Of a DNA stretch of 64,000 nucleotides, positions 10,231 through 19,866 are shown one piece after another. The notes beneath the pieces were generated by a model. The model ran no database searches. It was not told the DNA's origin and was given only the letters and a program-made list of their open reading frames with translations. Every line of letters begins with the position of its first letter. Position 1 is the first letter of the stretch. Both the position numbers and the translations under genes were made by a program. The DNA lies in contig JAZQJV010000018.1 of the NCBI GenBank assembly GCA_045541795.1, forward strand, positions 197,134 through 261,133. Reading direction: 5' to 3'. Source of the DNA: Patescibacteria group bacterium. Lineage in GTDB: Bacteria > Patescibacteriota > Microgenomatia > UBA1400 > PJMF01.

Positions 10231-11338
10231 ACTGCCAGTAAACGTCCAGCTGCGTCGTCCCCAACTTATACTTTTCCGCTGTCTGTGTCAGCGCCTCAAA
10301 TCTCGCTGCCAATGCACCGGCACTCGCTTCCCGCCAAAAAAGCTGTAAGTGCCCCGGTTCATCAGTCAGGATCATTTCTGGCTCTAGTAGTGCCAATATT
10401 TCATCATGAAAATCGAGCATATTATAATAGACGCTGGCTTGATATTTTGGCCGGACCTGGAAAATCGCCGCCCACTGCTGTCCATCATTTATGCTTACAG
10501 GCGCCAAATAGCTCGCCTTTGCTGTCAGCCCCGCAGACGCAGCGTTTATCCGCGCTGTAAGTGAGTAATCTAAAGTCGCCACCGTACAAACGTGGGCATC
10601 TAAGTATTGATGCGGGCTCATACTGTCACGCAGATAATAATGACACTCCAGCATTCTGGTGGTGGGGAAAGCGGACACCGTAGCCGTGACGGCTTCCAAA
10701 AAACCGTCCACGGGCAAACGTAACTCATCGTCTAGCTGTACCATCTGGAAAGGTAACGTGATGGCCGGGCGCGCCGATTCGTCTGTTGGCAAAAACTGCG
10801 ATAGATAATGATGACGCTCATCCGCGATCACTACCAACGCCAGATCGATACCAATTATCAATACGGTGGCCAGCGAATAGATAAAAAGTAATCCGCTTTT
10901 GATAAATACCTCACTTTTTGCCTTAAGTAAAGCGCGGCCAAGAATGCTGCTGAGGGTAAAAAGGATCGCGGGCGCCAGGCAGAGGGTCTCAAATAAATAC
11001 GGTACCGCTAAAGGGTCAAAAGGCCAGACAGCCCCAAAAGCTAAGGCCCACCACCCTACGTAAGCGACGAGTTGTGCTACCACACTCAAAAGTCCTAGTG
11101 TCTGGACCAGTAGTAAGTGATGAAAAATGAGCAGCCCGCACGCTCGCGTCAAGCTCGCCCACAATGCCGTCACAAGCCCCAGGCACATCAGTACAGAGGC
11201 TAATGGCGGCACACCGCCAGCAAATAGGCAACTTGTCGCCGCCACAATCAACAAAGCGATGCCAAGAAAAGACAGTAGCGAAAAAACACGTTGCCAGGCA
11301 AAAAGCGGTGAGTGAGTCTTTAACTTCATAAAGATCAT
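10229..11338 (-). CDS. Hypothetical membrane protein (about 5 N-terminal TM helices, soluble C-domain)
   Basis: Long ORF with hydrophobic N-half; no family recognised. Confidence 0.6.
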   Translation of the reverse strand: MIFMKLKTHSPLFAWQRVFSLLSFLGIALLIVAATSCLFAGGVPPLASVLMCLGLVTALWASLTRACGLLIFHHLLLVQTLGLLSVVAQLVAYVGWWALAFGAVWPFDPLAVPYLFETLCLAPAILFTLSSILGRALLKAKSEVFIKSGLLFIYSLATVLIIGIDLALVVIADERHHYLSQFLPTDESARPAITLPFQMVQLDDELRLPVDGFLEAVTATVSAFPTTRMLECHYYLRDSMSPHQYLDAHVCTVATLDYSLTARINAASAGLTAKASYLAPVSINDGQQWAAIFQVRPKYQASVYYNMLDFHDEILALLEPEMILTDEPGHLQLFWREASAGALAARFEALTQTAEKYKLGTTQLDVYWQ

Positions 11339-11368
11339 TATAGCACAGATTATACGACCGAGACAGCC

Positions 11369-12571
11369 TTAATAATCAATGCTATTGCCAGTGGGCACGA
11401 GGCTAATCCAGATTTTGCCGCGAGGAATGCTGTAGGCCTTACCAGTGCTCGTGGTAAACTGCAACTCGCTTTCGCGTGATTTCTTTGACCATTTGATCGG
11501 CGTGGCCTCACCACCAAAAAAGTGAATCCCATCACCCTTAGAAATTACGTCATACATCATGTGCTTGAGCTCATCAATCGGGCCTTCTTCATCCACATGC
11601 ATCACGATCACGTTGTCATAAGCAAGCGGTTCATCATTATTGAGATCTGTCTGCGCCACGCCGCCATTGGAGCGCAAGTACTTGCCACTGCTGGCGTCAT
11701 ATTTCCACTCCACATCAAATTGTGACAGACCGCTCCAAAACTGATAGCTGACAGTCTGCGCGCCGCTACCGGCTTCCTCATCACTAAAGCTCCAGCCTTC
11801 AAAGCCGTCAGCCCAGTCAGTGCCGTCTACGGTTTTACTGCCTACCTTGGTGGCGGGAGACATATTTGTCCAGCCACGCTTGGCGGCCACTTCCCACAGC
11901 TTTTCGGTGCTAGTGGTCATCGTGTGCTCCGTGGCGATGTCTTTGCCAGGGATACGGTTGTAGTCACGGATAAAAGTAGGATAGCCGACACTAAACTGAT
12001 TAATGTCATTTTCACCAGTCCAGCCGTAATCAGTCAGCTGCCCGAGAGCGTTAGCTGGACCTTCAAGGTTGGCGCCACCCACGTGTACATACATCGGCCG
12101 GTTGAATCCTGACGCTAAATTAATAAAGTAAGTCCGAGCTGAACGGATTGGCGCCAGTGTCACGTCTTCACTTTGGGCATCACAGTAAAAAAGACCCATA
12201 AATCGGGTAATTCCGCCCTCAGCCACTGCTTCAAAAACCACATCTGCCCGCGATAGTCCCGACTGCGGCCGCGCATCTACGGAATTTTCGATCATTACGG
12301 CCAGTGGGCGGCGCGCGGCCCAGGCCTGCTGCTCTGGCTCAGTATACATCACGCCGTTGAGCGGACACTCCTGAGTTTTTGGTAAACTCTCAATGCCAGC
12401 AATTAACGATTCGTCTTCCTCCACTACTTCCTCAGCAACGGGCGCGGGCGTCGGCTCAGATTTGGGTGCGGCAGTGCTGCTAAAAAGCCGGAAGACCACC
12501 GTCGATAGCCCTAGCGAAATCAAGAAAAACGCTACCGGGATTAAATAAAGAAAATAATTATTTTTTTTCAT
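11369..12571 (-). CDS. DUF3048 domain-containing membrane-anchored protein
   Basis: CPLNG, RPLAVMIENS.DARPQSGLS.ADVVFEAVAEGGITRF, PIRSARTYF. Confidence 0.85.
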   Translation of the reverse strand: MKKNNYFLYLIPVAFFLISLGLSTVVFRLFSSTAAPKSEPTPAPVAEEVVEEDESLIAGIESLPKTQECPLNGVMYTEPEQQAWAARRPLAVMIENSVDARPQSGLSRADVVFEAVAEGGITRFMGLFYCDAQSEDVTLAPIRSARTYFINLASGFNRPMYVHVGGANLEGPANALGQLTDYGWTGENDINQFSVGYPTFIRDYNRIPGKDIATEHTMTTSTEKLWEVAAKRGWTNMSPATKVGSKTVDGTDWADGFEGWSFSDEEAGSGAQTVSYQFWSGLSQFDVEWKYDASSGKYLRSNGGVAQTDLNNDEPLAYDNVIVMHVDEEGPIDELKHMMYDVISKGDGIHFFGGEATPIKWSKKSRESELQFTTSTGKAYSIPRGKIWISLVPTGNSIDY

Positions 12572-12598
12572 GTCTATTCCTTGTCTTTCTTGTTTCCC

Positions 12599-12814
12599 TT
12601 ATCTATTGGCCGCCACTACGATTCCCAAAATCACCAAAATCGTGAGCGTCGCCCAGGCCGTCCTTTTAAGGTCAGCGGCAAAAACGCTTGCTGGAAAACC
12701 GTAAAAGTCCACTTGCTCTATTTTACCACGATTTGGCGCACTTGTCACCTCTGCTTGCGCCAGCTCTCGTGCTGCTTGCCGCTGCCGTCTGTTTTTTTTG
12801 TGTTTTTTCGTCAT
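12599..12814 (-). CDS. Small hypothetical membrane protein
   Basis: Co-oriented in the frr-rseP run; basic N-terminus and C-terminal TM helix. Confidence 0.55.
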   Translation of the reverse strand: MTKKHKKNRRQRQAARELAQAEVTSAPNRGKIEQVDFYGFPASVFAADLKRTAWATLTILVILGIVVAANR

Positions 12815-12815
12815 T

Positions 12816-13946
12816 TTAGCCTCCCTTTGTCAGGCGCATCACGTCAGCGATCGTGATGAGCGCCGCCAAGATCATGATCCCGATAAATCCGATATAATTA
12901 AGCATTCCTTCTACCTTAGCTATCCGCGCTCGGCCGAAGGCCTTCTCACAAATAATCAAAAACAACCGCCCACCGTCTACCGCTGGGATCGGCAGCAAAT
13001 TAATGATCCCGAGGTTAAGTGACAAAAACCCAGCAAATGACACAATTTCCATCAGTCCTTGCTCAAAGGTTTTGGCACGGGCCAGCTCACCGACAATGCC
13101 TACCGGCCCCATCAACACCGCTTGCTTGGGCTCGCGGGAAAATAGCTGTCGTAGCGCCACGCCAAGCCCCTGTAACATCTGCCAAGACAGTCGCAACGAC
13201 TGTCGACCACCGTAATAAACGCTATACGGCAATTGCTGATACCAGGGGTAATGAAAATCTTGATAATTGGTCATCGCGATGCCCAAAGCGCCGCCACCGG
13301 CCGGAATTTCCTCCGCGCCCCGCAGCCTGGCCTCATAAGTGGCTAAGTTATCGCTACACACACCATTGCTGCAACTATCATCGAGCGTGATCGAGATCTC
13401 GCTCCCCAGCCTCTCTCGGGTAAACCCAGCTACGTCCTCCATTTGCTGCACCTGCAAACTACTGCTCGCATCCGCCACACTGACAATCCGCGCGCCTACA
13501 GGCAGCTGCAATCTGTCCGCCGGTGAACCTGGCTCTAAGTAATCAATAAATACCATCCCTGGTACCTCTCGCGGAATCCCGTAGACTGAGTAAGCGATCA
13601 TAAAAACTATGGCCGCCAGCACTAGATTGACCAGCGGGCCGGCCAAAATCACCAAAAACCGCTGCCAGGCAGGCTTAGTGTAGAATTCACCATCCGTGAT
13701 CTCGATCCCCGGCTGGGCGGGTGCATTTTCCCCGCTCAAGTTCACGTAGCCGCCCAACGGGATCAAATTAAGCACAAAATCAGTCTCCAGCCATCGGCCC
13801 AATTTCACCAGGCGCGGCGGGAAACCGATCCCAAATTCCTCCACCCGCACGCGGAAAAACTTCGCCACCAAAAAATGTCCCAGTTCGTGTACAATTACCA
13901 GAACAGCCAAAATCAGCAAATAGATAAGTATCGTCACCAAAGTCAT
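12816..13946 (-). CDS. rseP: RIP metalloprotease RseP (M50, PDZ)
   Basis: HELGH, EFGIGFPP, IPLGGYV, AGPLVN, NLLPIPAVDGGR; start overlaps frr stop. Confidence 0.92.
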   Translation of the reverse strand: MTLVTILIYLLILAVLVIVHELGHFLVAKFFRVRVEEFGIGFPPRLVKLGRWLETDFVLNLIPLGGYVNLSGENAPAQPGIEITDGEFYTKPAWQRFLVILAGPLVNLVLAAIVFMIAYSVYGIPREVPGMVFIDYLEPGSPADRLQLPVGARIVSVADASSSLQVQQMEDVAGFTRERLGSEISITLDDSCSNGVCSDNLATYEARLRGAEEIPAGGGALGIAMTNYQDFHYPWYQQLPYSVYYGGRQSLRLSWQMLQGLGVALRQLFSREPKQAVLMGPVGIVGELARAKTFEQGLMEIVSFAGFLSLNLGIINLLPIPAVDGGRLFLIICEKAFGRARIAKVEGMLNYIGFIGIMILAALITIADVMRLTKGG

Positions 13947-14494
13947 ATTTTGAGTAATTCTTTTTGCTTGGCCGCAGCCCACTGTTCTACTTGATCAATG
14001 AGTTTTTTTGTCTCATCTTCCAATTTCACCAGATCGGCCTTGATATTGTCTTCGCTGACTCCGGCCTGGCCTTTTTGCGCTTCAATGTCACGCTTAGTAT
14101 CTGCGCGCAGCGAGCGGATCATGACTTTACCCGCTTCGACTTTTTGGCTGAGCGTCTTGACTAGCTTTTCCCGATCCTCACCCGTCAGCGGCGGGACGCT
14201 GATCCGGATAATGTCACCGTCTACCACCGGATTGAGATTGATCCCGGCCGTCTGGATACCTTTTTCGATCGCCCCGAGCACCGATTTATCCCAGGGAGAA
14301 ACAATCAACATCGTCGGGTCTGACACGCTAATTGCTGCCAGCTCCGTCACCTTCATCACACTGCCGTAAGCCTCCACCTTGACGCCATCCAAAAGTTGCG
14401 GACTGGCTCCGCCGGTGCGCAAACTGCCAATATCCTCCCGGATCACGTCAAGCGCTTTCTTTCCTGATTCGCCAAAAGCCTTAAAGTCAAACAT
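13943..14494 (-). CDS. frr: Ribosome recycling factor
   Basis: LRTGGASP.LLD, VEAYG, SPWDKS, IRISVPPLT. Confidence 0.95.
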   Translation of the reverse strand: MFDFKAFGESGKKALDVIREDIGSLRTGGASPQLLDGVKVEAYGSVMKVTELAAISVSDPTMLIVSPWDKSVLGAIEKGIQTAGINLNPVVDGDIIRISVPPLTGEDREKLVKTLSQKVEAGKVMIRSLRADTKRDIEAQKGQAGVSEDNIKADLVKLEDETKKLIDQVEQWAAAKQKELLKI

Positions 14495-14578
14495 AAATTC
14501 CTTCTAGTTGAACGTATTATACCGCAGTTTTGCCAAATTTGCCGACCAATTTTCCAATTCACCTGCTATAATACCACT

Positions 14579-15277
14579 ATGTCAGTCTACATTTATCATG
14601 GTGACGATACCGCCGACTCCTTCGCCCATTACCAGGCCAAACTTGACGAGTTACGTGCCCAAAATTTTACCATTACCAGTCTTGACGGCAAAAAAGACAC
14701 ACTGGCCGCCCTGAGTGATGCCCTAGACAGCCAAGACCTTTTTGCCGGGCCGCGCGCGCTCGCCATCACTGCCCTGCTTTCTCGTCCCAAATCCAAAATC
14801 CGTGACGAGTGGTGTCGGCAAATCGCGGCTGCTGATCTGGAAGTCCTCGTCTGGGCCGACAAAAAACTCACTCCCGCCACCCTCAAACTTTTCCCGGCCG
14901 CCCAGGTCTACGCCAGTCGTGACCAAAAAGCCATTTGGGAAGCCGTCGCCCTCCTTACGGCCGATAATAATAACGAAAGGTTTATCACGGCGGTAGAAAA
15001 AGCGATCCAGCAAGCCGACTCTAGCAGTGACCCGGGAATATATTTGACGGCTACTTTTTTGTGGCAAATCCAACAGCTTATAGATGTCAGCTTAGGACAC
15101 TTTCACGGCGCTCCTTTTGCCCGCACCCGCTTACAAAATCAGGCGGGACGCATCGGTCTGCCGGCCCTTTACCGACTCCACCAAAAACTGATTGAGCTTG
15201 ATTTTCGGGCAAAAACTGGTCAGTTATCATTACCCGTCAGTAAGGAACTTATATTAATTTTAACAGCAACGATATAG
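14579..15277 (+). CDS. DNA polymerase III delta subunit-like protein
   Basis: YIYHGDD start, SQDLFAG, C-terminal LIELDFRAKTG typical of HolA. Confidence 0.6.
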   Translation: MSVYIYHGDDTADSFAHYQAKLDELRAQNFTITSLDGKKDTLAALSDALDSQDLFAGPRALAITALLSRPKSKIRDEWCRQIAAADLEVLVWADKKLTPATLKLFPAAQVYASRDQKAIWEAVALLTADNNNERFITAVEKAIQQADSSSDPGIYLTATFLWQIQQLIDVSLGHFHGAPFARTRLQNQAGRIGLPALYRLHQKLIELDFRAKTGQLSLPVSKELILILTATI

Positions 15278-15294
15278 TAGGCTAGAGTTTATAA

Positions 15295-15333
15295 AAATTG
15301 CCTCTTGACAAAAAGCCCATAATGTGGTATAAT
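15295..15333 (+). promoter_or_regulatory. Extended promoter motif copy (no downstream sense ORF)
   Basis: AAATTGCCTC-TTGACA(15305)-N17-TATAAT(15328). Confidence 0.8.
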
Positions 15334-15337
15334 AAAC

Positions 15338-15475
15338 GTAGTTTACCTTGAACTACCGTTCTTTAACAGCCAAAACAGGATCGAAAATAGATCATCAACG
15401 CGGCTACCCACCAGAGGTAGTCACAAAAAACACGTCGTGACCTATAAGGTCACCACAATTATAAATTAGTCACTA
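15338..15475 (+). ncRNA. Candidate structured small RNA
   Basis: Follows a consensus promoter and has no ATG. Hairpins GTAGTT/AACTAC, GGCTACC/GGTAGTC, GTGACCT/AGGTCAC; boxA-like GTTCTTTAACA at 15358-15368. Confidence 0.45.
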
Positions 15476-15492
15476 ATAATTAATAATCTTAA

Positions 15493-15873
15493 TTATTCTT
15501 GAGAAAAATGCGCTAAGGGATCTAAAAGTCGCCGCCAAGCTGTATCCGGGCTTTCTTCCTCTGTCACAAACTCGGGCACACCGCCTGGCACGTATTCAAA
15601 AGTCGCCAAATCCAAATTACCTTCACCTGGATTTTTGTATAAATTAGTATCCCGGATCAGTTTTTCCTGATTGAGCGGCTCGCCGGCCAAGTCGAGCTCA
15701 CTTTGACGCTGCAAAAGTTGCAGCTGGAGCTTTTCTTTTTCGCGCTGGCTCGCCAGCACCGCCTGATGTGTGGCCTGTTGTCTTTGTCCACTTACCTGCA
15801 GTGAACCCAAAAAACTGCCGGCCAGAAGGAGAATGAAAACAGTGATCAGGATGCGCGGCAGCATTTTTTTCAT
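15493..15873 (-). CDS. Septum-formation initiator (FtsB/DivIC)-like protein
   Basis: N-terminal TM, coiled coil, EKLIRD.NLYKNPGE motif. Confidence 0.55.
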   Translation of the reverse strand: MKKMLPRILITVFILLLAGSFLGSLQVSGQRQQATHQAVLASQREKEKLQLQLLQRQSELDLAGEPLNQEKLIRDTNLYKNPGEGNLDLATFEYVPGGVPEFVTEEESPDTAWRRLLDPLAHFSQE

Positions 15874-15904
15874 ATAGTATTTATTATAGAGAAAGAGAGA
15901 ACTT

Positions 15905-16777
15905 ATGTCAAATCTTACAGTCCAAGATGGAGAAAAACTTTTTAATGATTATTTAACGGCCAGCGGTAAGGCCCATGCTACTATTATCGCTTATTCAAAA
16001 GACATCGAGCAGTTGACGGAATTTCTGCTCGGTCGGGGTAAAACTCAAATGGAAGCCGTCGGTGTTGATGATCTGGAGGCCTATAAGGAATATCTGGGCA
16101 AGGTTTACCGCTCGGATAAAACGGTGTCCCGCAAAGTCAATTCCGTGAAGTCTTATTTCCGCTATCTATCGGATAATCACTACATCCCGGATAATCCTTC
16201 ACGCTTGGTGGCTCAGCCCCAGTGTGAACAGACTCCGCCTCGAGTACTCAGTAAAACCGAGTACCGCGCTTTGCGTGATGCCTGCCGGGGTGACGTCCGG
16301 ATGCTGGCAGTGGTAGAAACCCTGCTGCAGACCGGGATGCGTATCAGCGAGCTGGCCAACCTCAAACTTGATGACCTCGACTTTGACCGCGGTGTGATCA
16401 ACATCGAGACCGAAGACACGCATCTCAATCGTAAGGTGCCGCTCAATGAGACCGCGAAGAAAACACTTCAGGCTTACCTGAAAGTCCGCCCGCGCGCGCG
16501 CGAAAAGACCGTTTTCTTGACCAAGACCTGTAAACCATTTTTGGTACGCAATATCCGTAAGTCCCTGGATCGGTATTTCCGGCTGGCGGGCTTGGGTGCT
16601 GGGGTCAAGGTCAATGACCTGCGTCACACCTTTATCGTCGAGCAGTTGCGCGCCGGTTTACCAATGGTCTATGTCTCGCAGATCGTGGGTCACAAACGCC
16701 TCACGACCACGGAAAAATACTTAGCTTTCGTCAAGATTCCTGAGTATGATGCCAACATCAAAATTGAGACCCTGTAA
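15905..16777 (+). CDS. Tyrosine recombinase, XerC/XerD-like
   Basis: SAM-like N-domain; LQTGMRISEL, NDLRHTF, VGHKRLTTTEKY (R, R, H, Y catalytic residues present; first His of HxxR is Asn). Confidence 0.88.
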   Translation: MSNLTVQDGEKLFNDYLTASGKAHATIIAYSKDIEQLTEFLLGRGKTQMEAVGVDDLEAYKEYLGKVYRSDKTVSRKVNSVKSYFRYLSDNHYIPDNPSRLVAQPQCEQTPPRVLSKTEYRALRDACRGDVRMLAVVETLLQTGMRISELANLKLDDLDFDRGVINIETEDTHLNRKVPLNETAKKTLQAYLKVRPRAREKTVFLTKTCKPFLVRNIRKSLDRYFRLAGLGAGVKVNDLRHTFIVEQLRAGLPMVYVSQIVGHKRLTTTEKYLAFVKIPEYDANIKIETL

Positions 16778-16795
16778 GGCTGTTAGAAAATCAAG

Positions 16796-16825
16796 AAAAA
16801 GGGCGAGCTTGTCTCGCCCTTTTTT
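16796..16825. terminator. Bidirectional intrinsic terminator
   Basis: AAAAAGGGCGAG...CTCGCCCTTTTT between convergent genes; second hairpin GGAAAAACGCCCC/GGGGCGTTTTTCC near 16901-16930. Confidence 0.75.
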
Positions 16826-16977
16826 TGGGTGAATTTGCCATTTCTGGCGGGTTTTGCCGCTTTTTTGGGGTACGCCGCCTTTTTCCCGCCAGCAAGTGCT
16901 GGAAAAACGCCCCTTGCGGGGCGTTTTTCCAAAGTTGTCTATTGACCCACTTGCGTGAAGTCCACATGTATTATACA

Positions 16978-17862
16978 TCAAATTTGGGTAATTGTATACT
17001 CTCTTTGCCCCAAACCGATGCTTTCGGCGTATTCCAAGATGTGACGGCCATGCTGACGCTCCACACGCGCGATAAAGTGATCGCGCCCGGGATCACCACT
17101 CGTCCAGATTTTGTCAATGCAAGCCTGATCAAGCGCCACCGGATCAAGGCTGGCCAAAATCCCGATGTCTTGCATGCATGGCGCTTCGGGATGAGAGTCA
17201 CAGTCACAATCTACGGATAAATTATTCATCACGTCGATGTAGACAATGGATTTGCCGCCTGCGGCCACGTAGTCCGCCACCGCTTTGGCGGCTTCTGCCA
17301 TGCTTTCCAGGAAAGCGTCTTGGGCGGGTAAATTGCTCCATACAGCAGCGGCATCAGTCATGCTGCCAGCCGAGTGGATAAGCGCCTTACCAGCAGTGGA
17401 GGCAAAACCGATGGACTGGTTTTTGAGCACGCCGCCAAAGCCGCCCATCTGGTGACCCTTGAAGTGGGCGAGATTGACGAAGGACTCATAGCGGTCAAAA
17501 TGCGAGCCGATAATGTCATACTCTAAGTGCTTGCCACCAGTAACCGGGATTTGTTTTTCACCGTCTTCATCCAAGATGTCTACCGGGGCGACGTCCAGGA
17601 ATCCGTGCTCCTTGATCGCTTGCCAGTGATCGGCGGTCTCTTGCCGGCGCCCGCCGTATGCGGTATTGCATTCCACGATCGTGGCGCCAAGCTCGTGGAC
17701 GAGATCAGCGATGAGCGTGGGCTGGAGGTAATTGTGCCCGCCCGGCTCACCCGTGGAGATTTTCACCGCTACAGGCGCTGCCTGGGCGACGCCGAGACTT
17801 TGGTAAATTTTTAGCAAAGCCTTGGCGCTAACTTCTGGTGTAAAATATACAGTTGCTGTCAT
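16978..17862 (-). CDS. DUF362 family (Fe-S related) protein
   Basis: VAVKISTGEPG, ECNTAYGG.R, AHFKGHQMGGFGGVLKN, DCDC, DIGILASLDPVALDQAC. Confidence 0.85.
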   Translation of the reverse strand: MTATVYFTPEVSAKALLKIYQSLGVAQAAPVAVKISTGEPGGHNYLQPTLIADLVHELGATIVECNTAYGGRRQETADHWQAIKEHGFLDVAPVDILDEDGEKQIPVTGGKHLEYDIIGSHFDRYESFVNLAHFKGHQMGGFGGVLKNQSIGFASTAGKALIHSAGSMTDAAAVWSNLPAQDAFLESMAEAAKAVADYVAAGGKSIVYIDVMNNLSVDCDCDSHPEAPCMQDIGILASLDPVALDQACIDKIWTSGDPGRDHFIARVERQHGRHILEYAESIGLGQREYTITQI

Positions 17863-18059
17863 TTGTCCTTTCTTAACGTAGTCCTACGGCTTCGCAAAAC
17901 TTGAGCGCATCACACACGGCATTACCGACAGGCCCTTGGCCAAAAATCTGCCAGAAAAAGTAAAAAAGTGCCCCGATGATAGCCAAAGTAATCACCAAAG
18001 CCACAAATGCGGACGAGCCGCCACGTCGTTTCATCAGATCCTTTCTATGTACCGAAATT

Positions 18060-18148
18060 TGGCGGAAGTAGAGGGATTCGAACCCACGAAGCCATTTCTG
18101 GACTCACGCTTTCCAAGCGTGTGCAATTGACCACTATGCGATACTTCC
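18060..18148 (-). tRNA. tRNA-Ser(GGA)
   Basis: Cloverleaf with long variable arm, anticodon loop TTGGAAA, GGTTCGAATCC, encoded CCA. Confidence 0.93.
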
Positions 18149-18206
18149 TTTGTTAAAGTTCTCGTATTTTACCACGACCATGCCCAAAATGCAAGCGGAC
18201 ATCAGC

Positions 18207-19781
18207 TCACCAGCGCAGAGTAATGTCACAGTCATCGTCAGTGAAGTCAAAGTAGCCTTCATCATCGTAGCAACTGGGGCCGCTCTCAAGCGCGCTGGTA
18301 TCCAGCGGGGGAAACTGGACCCTGTTTTGCGCTCGGCGCTTTTTGTTAGTCTGGACGGCAGCATTGACACTGCCATCCTCACCAAAAAGCAATGCTTGCT
18401 CGCCCGCACGGATGGGTACCGGCGGTAGGGGAGTGGTCAGGATTCTTTCGCCGTCTCCGCCGTCGCTAAAGCATTGATAGTATTCGATCACACGCTGATT
18501 GCAGATGATGTCGGCCATGGTGATTGGTTTTGTGAGGATCAGCCCTTCCAAACTCGTCACCCGGGAGAGCGCTACATAGGTCTGCCCCGCGGCAAAAGAA
18601 GGCCTTGATAAATCCAGGGTCAATTTGTCAAAAGTCAAGCCCTGAGCCTTGTGAATCGTGACCGCCCATGCTGGTTTGATGGGCAGCTGCTCATAAGTGC
18701 CATAAGTCTGATGGATGATTTTGCGCTGCTCGCGGTCGTATACCGCTCTGGTATCTTCCCAGGTGAAAGGATGGACGTCTACGATTTGTCCGTTATCCAG
18801 GCGGACATCTACGTAATCTTCGAAACATTGATATACTGCTCCCATGGAACCGTTTACCCAACGATTTTTGGGATCGTTGCTAAGAAGCATCACCCGCGCG
18901 CCGGGCTTGAGCACCAGATTGATCGGCGTGGGGAAGTCGCGCTCATTATAATTGCCAGTGGAATGACCTTTATAAGTATACGGCTGATCAGGGATCCGGC
19001 GCATGTGGATGGAGTTAATATTGTCTGCGCCTCGTCTGGTGGTGGTGAGCACAGTGCTGGAATCATCGAGGTTGGCGGGGTCAAATCGACCACTAATGAC
19101 CCGGGTGTTGAGCAGTGCTAAGTCAGCGGCGCTTAGTGACCCATCACGCACTCGGTGCAGTACACGGATAAACTTATCATCATGCTGACGGTATACATGG
19201 CTAAGTTCACAAAAGTACATATTGGCTAAGTGAGTGGTTGCCATCGAGTAGAAGACTTCTGAAGCAAAAAAGTACTCATGAGCGTAAAATTCCCTAAAAG
19301 TGGCCTCTTCTGCGCGCGAACACACGGGCGGTAGCTGGAAAAGATCACCAAAACACACCAGCCGTACTCCGCCAAATGGTAAGTTACTGCCGCGGGTGAT
19401 ATTCATGTATTCATTCAAAGCATCGAAAAGATCAGCTCGCACCATGGAAATTTCGTCAATAATCATCACATCCAAGCTGGCGCAAAACTCTCGCCGCTCA
19501 CGGCTGATTTTAGTGCGATTTTTCTTGACGTGCTCGGGCGTCACGGTGCCGCCCAAATGCATCATGTGATGAATCGTCTCGCCGCCGACATTGATAGCAG
19601 CGATCCCGGTAGGCGCCGTCACTACATAATTTAAGTCTTCGTCCTCGAGGAGAGCGACGTATTCACGAAGCAGTGTGGATTTACCAGTACCAGCCGGCCC
19701 GTAAATAAAAACGTTCCGATCAGTATTTTCTAGTATATCCCAGACTTTGCTTCTGGCCGGGTTTTCATTTTCCATAATCAC
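18207..19781 (-). CDS. PIF1-like SF1B DNA helicase
   Basis: GPAGTGKS, APTGIAA, IDEISMV, FGDLFQLPPV, YRQ, AWAVTIHKAQG, YVALSR. Confidence 0.9.
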   Translation of the reverse strand: MIMENENPARSKVWDILENTDRNVFIYGPAGTGKSTLLREYVALLEDEDLNYVVTAPTGIAAINVGGETIHHMMHLGGTVTPEHVKKNRTKISRERREFCASLDVMIIDEISMVRADLFDALNEYMNITRGSNLPFGGVRLVCFGDLFQLPPVCSRAEEATFREFYAHEYFFASEVFYSMATTHLANMYFCELSHVYRQHDDKFIRVLHRVRDGSLSAADLALLNTRVISGRFDPANLDDSSTVLTTTRRGADNINSIHMRRIPDQPYTYKGHSTGNYNERDFPTPINLVLKPGARVMLLSNDPKNRWVNGSMGAVYQCFEDYVDVRLDNGQIVDVHPFTWEDTRAVYDREQRKIIHQTYGTYEQLPIKPAWAVTIHKAQGLTFDKLTLDLSRPSFAAGQTYVALSRVTSLEGLILTKPITMADIICNQRVIEYYQCFSDGGDGERILTTPLPPVPIRAGEQALLFGEDGSVNAAVQTNKKRRAQNRVQFPPLDTSALESGPSCYDDEGYFDFTDDDCDITLRW

Positions 19782-19866
19782 TCGCTTGTCACCAAACTTC
19801 TTCCTCCAGTCATACTTTTGTTATATCTTACCACATTTTTGGCGTTTTTGGTGGTATAATTGCAGC

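Noticed and set aside
16966-16978. ATGTATTATACAT dyad near the recombinase as a dif site
   Set aside because: Does not fit the 11-6-11 dif layout and overlaps the DUF362 stop.
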